Source: Trichoplax sp. H2 (Eukaryota). Taken from it: DNA of 64,000 nt. Position 1 is the first letter of the stretch, and every line of letters begins with the position of its first letter. The position numbers and the translations under genes are program-made. Below the pieces are notes generated by a model, which made no database searches, had not been told where the DNA came from, and saw only the letters and a program-made list of their open reading frames with translations. The stretch is taken from contig NOWV01000113.1 of assembly GCA_003344405.1 (NCBI GenBank), positions 1 to 64,000 of the forward strand, written 5' to 3'. Below are positions 54,801 through 64,000 of the stretch, piece by piece.

Positions 54801-56662
54801 ACCTGTCTCACGGTTGATCTAATGGCTTCCCATTAGCGTCGTTAGCTATATCTATATGTGATTGCAGCATTCGATATTTTTAATATTAGCCTAGTGAATA
54901 ATTTTTAATACGAAAGATGGGGATCGATCGAGCTGCGTTTGAGTAATCATCTTCGATTATTTTCAATTACAGTAAATGATATGTTTGATAAAATATATTA
55001 TCAAAATGATTATCCATTGGACAATTTATGTTATTATTCTCTTAATGGTCACTTTAAAGTATGTTTTGCACTACTCCTGACACGCATAAGTATTTTTTGT
55101 TGTAGTACATGGCTAGAAGACGCTTATGATCCAGTAGTAGAAAAAATATCCAGGCTAACACAGGAACTAACCCATTTGGATGTAAATTACTCAGAAGATT
55201 TACAGGTCGCAAATTATGGCATTGGTGGACATTATGTACCACATTATGATTCGACCATAATTGCAGTTAAGTTATTCTTTTTATAAGTTCAAATTTGTAG
55301 CCTTTAAATTAAGAATAAATGATAACGCTGTGAATTTTTTATAGTAATCAAATTTAGCACTAGGTTGAATCATTTTGTTATAAACGATCACAGTCTGTAT
55401 TATAAAATATATTTGCATATCGAATTTTAGCCAGAAGATCCACTTCAAAGATTAGCTACGATGATGTTTTATGTAAGCTGAGATGATAATATACTAGTAT
55501 TGTCTGTTTATGGGTTTATAATTATGGATTATTGCACCCTACGGATGACTTTATCGAACATCTAATGTCCATTGCCTACTTGACAGCTCAGTAACGTCGA
55601 GATTGGTGGCGCTACTATATTTCCACGACTTGGGGTAGCAGTACGGCCTCAAAAAGTAAGATATAAGTGTAGTATACTATACGAGTATGTACATACAAAT
55701 TAACGTGCTAAACTTATTATGTCACCAATAAAGCATAAAAAATAATAACTATTTTAATCGAAACGATCGAATTATCGCAGAAATAGATTATAGTTTCTGC
55801 AATATCTACAAATACTCATTTTATTATGGCTAAACATTCAGGATCCAATATGAATTGAATAATTTCGTCTATGAATGCATATTCAGTCAGTTGAAATAGA
55901 ATTAATTGTAATTATAAATGTACCGATACTAATTAACAGTATATTTATCTATCTCTTTTATCTCTAAAATTAAAAGTAGAGTAGCTGGTGATTGTATATT
56001 ACAGACGTAAAGAGTAGAGTAGTCGTTGTAGTGCAACTCGTATAAGAGACGAAATATTATCCTAAGTGTTAACAGAGTACGGTAGATTTTAAAATTCCTA
56101 ATGCAGTATTTTAGAAATTGTTTGACTCATATTGAATATTCGTGATTCAGAATTATCTCACGTCTAGCATTTTATAAGCTATACATAAGGGTTGCGCATA
56201 TCATTTATATAAGAACAGTTAGCTAAACCCATTCATAAAATTGTATGGCACTATGCCGAAGAATGCAAGCGTATTTACTCATCAGTCTGTCTCCAAATCA
56301 TGAGAGAATATTAGTATTATGGAAGATGAAAAGATTATAGCATTAAAATAAACTAAAAAAAGTTCTTACAGGAACTAAGAGTCATTGAATTAACTCAATA
56401 TTGCCTAGGGGAGCGCATTATTCTGGATAAATTTGAAACGTAATGGGTTGACCAATCGGCAAACTCTTCATGCAGCTTGTCCGGTAGTTATAGGATCGAA
56501 ATGGAGTGAGTGTTATCACTTATTATATTGCAAATTTACTTTCGAGGTGCAGCATAAGCTTATAATGATTTTTAATATTTGATTGTAATAGTCGCGAATA
56601 AATGGATTATTACGAGCGGTCAAGAATTTCGCTATCCATGCAGTCTTCATTCCGACGAATAA
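51807..56662 (+). CDS. P4HA: Prolyl 4-hydroxylase alpha subunit-like, array copy 5 (about 549 aa, 12 coding exons)
   Basis: Exons 51807-51879 (signal peptide; weak GTTCGT donor, least certain), 52124-52420, 53074-53417, 53526-53577, 53697-53887, 54064-54240, 54359-54435, 55106-55265 (fused exon), 55431-55472, 55587-55655, 56409-56505, 56592-56662. Motifs: SILRLQAIY, LQVANYGIGGHYVPHYD, RLATMMFYLSNVEIGGATIFP, TLHAACPVVIGSKW. Confidence 0.92.
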
Positions 56663-58529
56663 TATGAATAAACTGTCAATGAAAGTCAATGGTTCTTATG
56701 GATCTAATTTGTATGAAATAAAAATTTTACCAAAGCTCAACATATCGATCAGCGTTTAATTTATTTCGAATTTTTTGTCCATTATAGCATAAACTTTGAT
56801 ATTGACTTACCGAGATTGTGTGCTATAGTGGAAATAATCATTTCAATACTATTCTGCCTTTCATTGCATTAGTCACACTATTTATGACAATAGCATATTG
56901 ATAGCCTAAGATGGCTAAATTTGAAAGTTTTGTCTATATTACCCACGATTCAGATGATAAGACTAAAACTAATTGCTTAAAATTGCCATGAAAACCACGG
57001 AAAGCCTTAAGTTACCTCTTACATAATTGATAAAAGCTTGTAGTACTATCTCTAGCTAATGCTAGAAGGGATGATGTGATAATAATTGATCTTCAATGAT
57101 TATTTATTCTAGCTCTCGTGTTAATTATAATTAATGAATACGAATTATTAATCGTTATCTATGTCTAATATGTTATTATTTTTAAGGATGACCATGCTTT
57201 TAACTACAGTATTTTATAGATTATTCTTTAACCGTTATCGCAATAGATATTTCGTGACATTTAAACGTCACAGGTTTACTTGCATTGGTTAAATTTTTAA
57301 TTTTCATAGTAGATCACGATATGTTTAGGCATTTTGATTAGAAATTTATAAAGTGTTCCTAATACTTAAAGGGTAAATCGTCACAGATCGAATCCGTAAG
57401 AAATTACTTCATAAGTCTTTTAGTTGTTTCTTCAAAATCAGCAATTATGCCGTTGTGGAAATAAATTTATTCATGATCAATATACGAGTGTCTATATACG
57501 ACATTATTTGATAAATCTATTACTGCAATATTTAGAAACGTAGCCAACATTTAGCACGTTACTAATATTTAAAAATTTATTACAAGGCCCAGGATATTTG
57601 CAGTAAGTAAAATTCCTATTATTGCCAGCTAACATCAAGAGTCAATATTGACACTTATTTATTTTAAGAAATTGATTAAAGTGCACCTGTTTTCATCCAT
57701 ATAAGTGATGAAAAGAATAATAATCTCTGACTTGTACTTATAGATACTCAGACAAATTTATTATACCTACTATATTTAACTCATCTCGTCTACCTCAACT
57801 TACATTTACTGGTTAACCAAGTTAATTTGCCTTCGTATTGTATCGTTTAAATCAAGAATGTTAGTTATTATTCTTAAGACTCATGAATAATTAAATTTCT
57901 AATATTAATCTGGGAATTCTCAGACTGAAAGAAATAGTTCGAAAGTCGACAATTGATCTCTCGTGTAGTTTATCTAGTCACCGTATAAATTAGGCCCTTA
58001 TCTATTAAATTCTTTATTTTAATACATCAAGGGTGTTATATCTAGTAACTCAGTCATTAAATAAGCAGAATCTAGGTAAGTTTATGGTCTTGAATAACTA
58101 GTTTGAGATTAATTGAGGCTAATGACGAGCAATACTCATTGCCGTCTGGATATATCAGCTATTTCCTTAAAAGAATTTTGGTTTCGGCAAATGAAATATG
58201 AAATAGTCCTTGATAATTCGTATTTAATTGTCTGATACCCTGTTTAAAGCAATTGCTACGTAAAATAATAGTCTACTCCTGCACGTGTTTTTAAAATTAT
58301 TACTACAATGAATAGGGCGATTCTATTTCTATCTTACTCAGAGTGCCTGAGAGTTTGTACTAATGTAGGCTACATTGAATCTTTCAAGCAACATTTTGTA
58401 TTGTATAATTTAAGTATTAGTAACTATTGATCATTGCATATATCGCTCATCGATGCTTGTACAAATATCGATATTAGGGCTTGATTTTAACTTTCTGATC
58501 CATTTATTAAGTAATAGAAACTTACAGTG

Positions 58530-61500
58530 ATGCTCAAATTTGCCTTACTGCTAATATTTTTTCTTCTCGGTAAGTCATCATCATGTACGATGGTTAATTG
58601 GTAATATGCAGTAATTCTTTAATTTTAAAGGAACAGTATCCAAATTTCGCAGAAGCAATTATGGAATTCTACTTCTAAAAAACCATAAGATACAGTAGAT
58701 GTCATGATTAATTACACTACGAGAGTAATCAAATTGTAAGATTAACAGATGATTTAGTAAAAATTAATTTAAGCAGCTATCAAATTGAAATAATTTTTAA
58801 CCAAGTTACAGTTTTAACCTCAGCAGCTCAAGCACAGAATTGTACAACATGATACGATTTCGTATACTGCAATCAAATATTCATTTCGAAATTTATATGG
58901 AATTAAAACTATATCTTTTGAATAATAAAGTAAATTACTTGGATATCTTATGCCTTTTAGAACACTACGGTGCGAATTTATTTGCATATGTTTATTCCTT
59001 GCTTACAGTAACAGAAAATATTAAAAATATAAGACGTTTAATCCTTCATTATTACCCGTATGCAATTTTAGAACAGTGCAATATTATTTCAGGTTCTAGT
59101 TATAATTTGGAGCGAATTGTGATTGTAGGAATATCTATCCGTAGACTGATTGATACTTTACAAATTTTGCATATTTTACAGCTTACAATACGATTCTTTT
59201 AACACTTCTTCTATTAACTAGCAAATATCCAATTTCATGGTATCTGGGGTGATAATGTACGCTCCATTGATGATATGGATAAACTACTAAAAATGGAAAA
59301 AACGCTGTATAGTTCCTTAAAGAGCTACGTTCAAATGGAGAAACAACGATTGAATAAAATTTCCGACCTTTACCAAGAAATTACTGACGGTGTTAATGGA
59401 ACTAATTTACCTCACCATGATCATGCAAAGCATCCACTGGCTATATATCTATTAATTAAACGCTTTCTTATTACGTGGAAAAACATTGAGATAGTTATGA
59501 ATGAAGACTTGGGGAAAGGCTAGTATACGGAGTGTTTCTATCGGTGATCGAGTACATTTTTTGAAAACTTATAAGCCGGTTATAACATATCTTTCTCTAT
59601 TTTCGTATCTTAGAACTCTCTAGCACCTACAAAAATCTTCAGGATTATTTTCCTGAAGAGAAGGATTTAAATGAAACTGCAAATGCAATACTAAGGCTGC
59701 AGGAAGTTTACGACCTAACCGAAGAGAATTTAGCAAATGGAAAGATTGCAGGAATAAAAAATGCTATTAACAGTTTAAACTGGAAAGATTGCCTGTTAAT
59801 TAGTCAAGTTGCTGAATCGAATGGACTCTTTAATCGATCATGTCGTTGGGCTCAGCAAGCATTATATCAATTACCACTACAAGAATATAATGACACAAAC
59901 TTTCCAGTACATGACCTTAAAACTGTTTTAAAGCGTATAATTACAATCTTCTATACGGTAAGGCAAAATTCTTGATTACAAATATTGTTACATCATTGTC
60001 ACTTTCCTGCTCTACATCGTCTACTTATAAAATAACTTGACCAAATGTAACTTTTCATCTAAAGAAACGCTGAAATTTATGACCTATAGTAGTGAAACTT
60101 GCATCAATCTTAAAGAAAGCACTGAAATTCCACAGGCTGCTTAGTAAAAATGTTTTATTTTTCACAAGGTTTACATCAGTATTTTCATATGTCATACCCT
60201 GATACTCGTATAGATATTCGAGCAGTTCTAGAAAGCTCTACAAGGTTGCTTAATAACACTATTTTAGTTATCGATCATTCTTAGATGTCCCTACGATCTA
60301 TTTCAAAGTAATGTCAAGAAAATTAGCTGATGATTCGGTACTGCTTTACGATATATAGACCACAGCTAGAAATCGATCAGTTCATGATGCTCTAGGCCAT
60401 GGACTGATTGCGTCAGAGTATCACGATGATATTTAATATTTTTACCAGACACTTGCTATTTTGCTCTCATTGTTAAATGTGATAAAAAAATCATCAGAGA
60501 ATTACGTTTCATGACATCCGTTATTCTTTATTAGACTGGTCAAACCAGAGAAGCTAGAATGTATATCCAGAAATTACTTCGTCTTGGTGAGTAATACATG
60601 ACCGACATCTACATACTGGATATCTAAATCTGGACAGTAAATAAAAGAACCTATGACTGACTCAAACAATTTTTATATAAAAACTATTCGTATGGATCAA
60701 GATCTCGTTTATCTGACAGTTTATATCAAAAAAAGTAAAAAATTCTTTCAATTTCAATAGACAGAAAATTGCTGAGTAGTAGATGTCGTTAAATTTAGGT
60801 CAAAATAAAATATTTATTTATGGTAAAGGAAGTTACTTATATGGGTTATAAAACTATAATCCTATTATGAGAACCTATGTCAAATTTTAAAAACCATTTC
60901 AGTCGGTAAAGGAAATTATTTACTTACAAGTCTCTATTACCTGCAGTATATCAAGAGAATTAAAATTGTTTGTCTATAATATAGTATATCGAAAGAGTTC
61001 ATGTTGATACAGTACATATCAAATATCACTACATATTCGAAACTATAAACCGTGATTTGATTCAAATCACGACTAAGATTGAAGCAGCTAGGAATTGCTT
61101 ACTCAATTTTTAAATCTTCAGTGCCTTTGAAGTATTTCAACGCTTGTGAAGTAGATAATAAAGATTAGAATTTTAGAAAATTGTTTTATGTACGGTACTT
61201 TTATACGACTCTACTAGCTGCTATATTAACAGTAAATTAAGAAGCGTATTATTTTATTCCATTTCTGCCATATGGACAATTATTATCGAATGTCAGATCC
61301 TAAAGACGAATTTATCGTAAAGAATATCCAGATTTCCATGTTATCAAGAAAGAAAAAGGGATCTAAAACGCGGACTGTCCTTAAGACGTTGAAGGTCATG
61401 GATAATGCTTCTCTTGTTAATCAACAAGCTACTGCACGTTATCAAAGAATTCGAGAGCTATGTATAGGCAATGAGGTATGGAAAGTTGTAAAGAATAAAT

Positions 61501-63737
61501 TATATTTTTTATTCTACGTATGCTTCTCGCTTTGATCTAAAATGTGGGGCAAAATGTTATCATTTTATTATGGTGTCATTTTACTATGCAATTCTTAATA
61601 TTTTATGTATATCTCATCATGTTTTAGAATCTGCCAGCTAAATCGAGTGGTCATCATCTGAAATGTTATTACTTTTATCCGTCATCGAAGACAAGATTTA
61701 TGCCGTATGCTATAGAAGAAATGAGCCGTGATCCTCTAATTATTCTGTACCATAATCTAACTAGTAATGCTGAAATGGAGTCTCTAAAGGCACTAGCAGC
61801 GAAACAGGTAATTAATTAAATTTATAATACTGTAAGTCATACATAGTTGTACAGAAATAGTTATTATGATCATAAGCTTTGGGCTACGCATAGTTATTTT
61901 CACATGATAATTATTTATTCTGCGATGAGTTTGAGATAGAACACTTAGGTTATGATTGGAGATATATTGTGTGATATATACATATATATAAGCCAATAGC
62001 AGGATATCCTGTAGCCTAATTCATTTAGCTATATATATATCTAATTGATTAAGATCATTCTTTGTGAATTCTATATCGTGACTGGATATCCGTATTTTTA
62101 ATACGATAGCTCCAACCAGCTGGTGTATATCACACAACTTCAGCGGATAACCGGAATCTAGAAGGCTATACAAGAATTGCTAAAATGTAAGTTTAGGGTA
62201 AATTTCCTACATTCGTACTTTAGAAGACGACATATTTATTGTAAGACTGGAACTTTTCCTATATCTTGTCGTTTTTCATACATGTACGGTAATTTCATAA
62301 AATTTCATGCTTATTATATCTATCTGTCGATTTTGTTATGGCCAGAAATATTACGAGAATAAGTTAGATAGGCCATGTATAAATTTCTGTGGTATTTATA
62401 GGTAGTGACTAAATTAGATAAAGTGTAATTCATTTACTGAAATATATATACTCTGATGAAAAATTTATACTATCATGACAAGGGCTTTTATTTTGGACGA
62501 AGAAAGTGCTGTCGCATCTGCAATTACTCAACGTTTGCAAGATGTAACAGGACTAAATATGAACTTTTCCGAACCATTGCAAGTAAGAGAATATAATGCT
62601 GAAATTGTAATAGATTTTAAATGTTTCTAATATCAAGAATGAAATCAAAATAAATTAGGTTATTAATTATGGAATAGCTGGCCAATATACACCTCACTAT
62701 GATACCTTTCCAGCTAAGGTATACATGTTTCACCCTTATAATAAAACTACAATAATTTCATAATCATGGCCTTTTATCTTCAAGATATGAATGTAAAACC
62801 TGTTAATATGAGTACGACTTAAAATTCTGAGTATATTTATGAGTTTACTGCTTATCAAAGATTCTTAGAAGAGTAGAAAAAAGGTGTAACATGCGGATAA
62901 TCATCTAAAAATAGATAACATTTAGGAGTAACCTGAATAGTATTCGCCATTCATTTATGACTGCTTACGCATTCGAGGTCGATAAATAGTATCTATATAT
63001 ATTTTTAAGAATTTTTACACTTTGAAGGCTATTTAGCGATAGGCTATCTGTTGGATTTTTTGCCTTTGTTACAGTAGTAGTAAATCGATCTTCTTGTTAT
63101 CATTTCTCAGTCTGGCGATAGATCGCACCCTAGCCATGATCGATTAGCAACGGCGATCCTTTATGTAAGTTCATCACCCAAAGAAACAAATGCATGCTCT
63201 TACAATGTTTCATTAGCATATTGATACGGATAAAATGTTCAAATGCAATGATATTTAACTGTTTTGTATTAAATTGTCTTTAGCTAAGCGACGTGGAACG
63301 TGGCGGAGCCACTGTATTTACTAATATTAACGTTAGAGTACTGCCACGCAAGGTTAAAATAAACTCTAAAGTTACAAAAATTATATGCAAATTTTAAAGA
63401 TTAGAATGATTGTCATAAAATCTGTTTATAAATATTTAGCTAATTCGGTAGCGGATGGATATAAATTGATAAGATTTGTTATCCTTCTTTAAACTTCAAA
63501 TGTTACTCTAACAGTCGGTTCTTCGTATATTAGAATAATCTCTCATTTAGAGTGATACATTCCGACTAATCCTTGGCTTGTAATTTTAATTCTTTATGCA
63601 GTATATCTATATTAATTTATTAATGATCATGTTACTTTAGGGTAATGTCATCATATGGTATAATTATTTGCCAGATGGAAATTTACATCCTGGAACTCTT
63701 CATGCTGGTTGCCCTGTATTAGTCGGGTCGAAATGGA
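58530..63737 (+). CDS. P4HA: Prolyl 4-hydroxylase alpha subunit-like, array copy 6 (partial; last exon expected beyond the window)
   Basis: Exons 58530-58569, 59222-59518 (GC donor), 59614-59957, 60535-60586, 61297-61475, 61628-61807, 62110-62186, 62483-62582, 62659-62718, 63111-63164, 63284-63352, 63641-63737. Motifs: HPLAIYLLIKRF, AILRLQEVY, VINYGIAGQYTPHYD, RLATAILYLSDVERGGATVF, TLHAGCPVLVGSKW. Confidence 0.92.
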
Positions 63738-64000
63738 GTGAGTTATGAATAAATAAGCTGTTCTGTTATCAGTAATGTAGATTTTCTGTTTGATATCCTA
63801 CTCGATCTTGTTTACTGTAATATAGTATTCATTACAGCTTAGTAAGTCGACCATGCTATATTAAATACGAAGTGTCTACGATTATTTAGCAAGAGTCTGA
63901 CTCTTAGCTACAAACCTGAGCCTGGAAAATGATTACGTTTCTAATATGATACTTTCACTAAATTAGTATTTACGAGTATAATTTTTGCGTTTGACAAATG

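Noticed and set aside
58840-59202. 120-aa ORF in P4HA copy 6 intron 1
   Set aside because: I/L/Y/N-rich composition typical of translated AT-rich intron; non-ATG start and no counterpart in the other paralogs.
59275-59523. P4HA copy 6 as a pseudogene because of the TAG at 59521
   Set aside because: A GC donor at the conserved intron position removes the stop, and all other exons are intact.

Overview
AT-rich eukaryotic genomic DNA with many short GT-AG introns, so the supplied ORFs are mostly single exons or spurious. Gene style suggests an early-branching animal, possibly a placozoan (Trichoplax-like); this is inference only. Manual splicing gives five elements. (1) The 5' part of a minus-strand secreted or receptor gene with two tandem HormR(HRM)-like plus helical modules, resembling an adhesion/secretin-type GPCR ectodomain; it runs off the left edge. 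(2) A co-oriented array of at least six prolyl 4-hydroxylase alpha-subunit paralogs (five complete, the sixth truncated by the window end). All keep the H-x-D...H...K catalytic residues but have strongly diverged substrate-binding regions. (3) An orphan secreted, charge-segmented helical protein (about 393 aa) inside the array. (4) A 15-exon dynactin p62 (DCTN4) gene, also inside the array, whose promoter and exon 1 are duplicated across a 20-N gap, probably two haplotypes. (5) Local tandem repeats. Notable details are a precise intron loss in P4HA copy 5 and a GC-AG intron in copy 6. No rRNA, tRNA or CRISPR was recognised.
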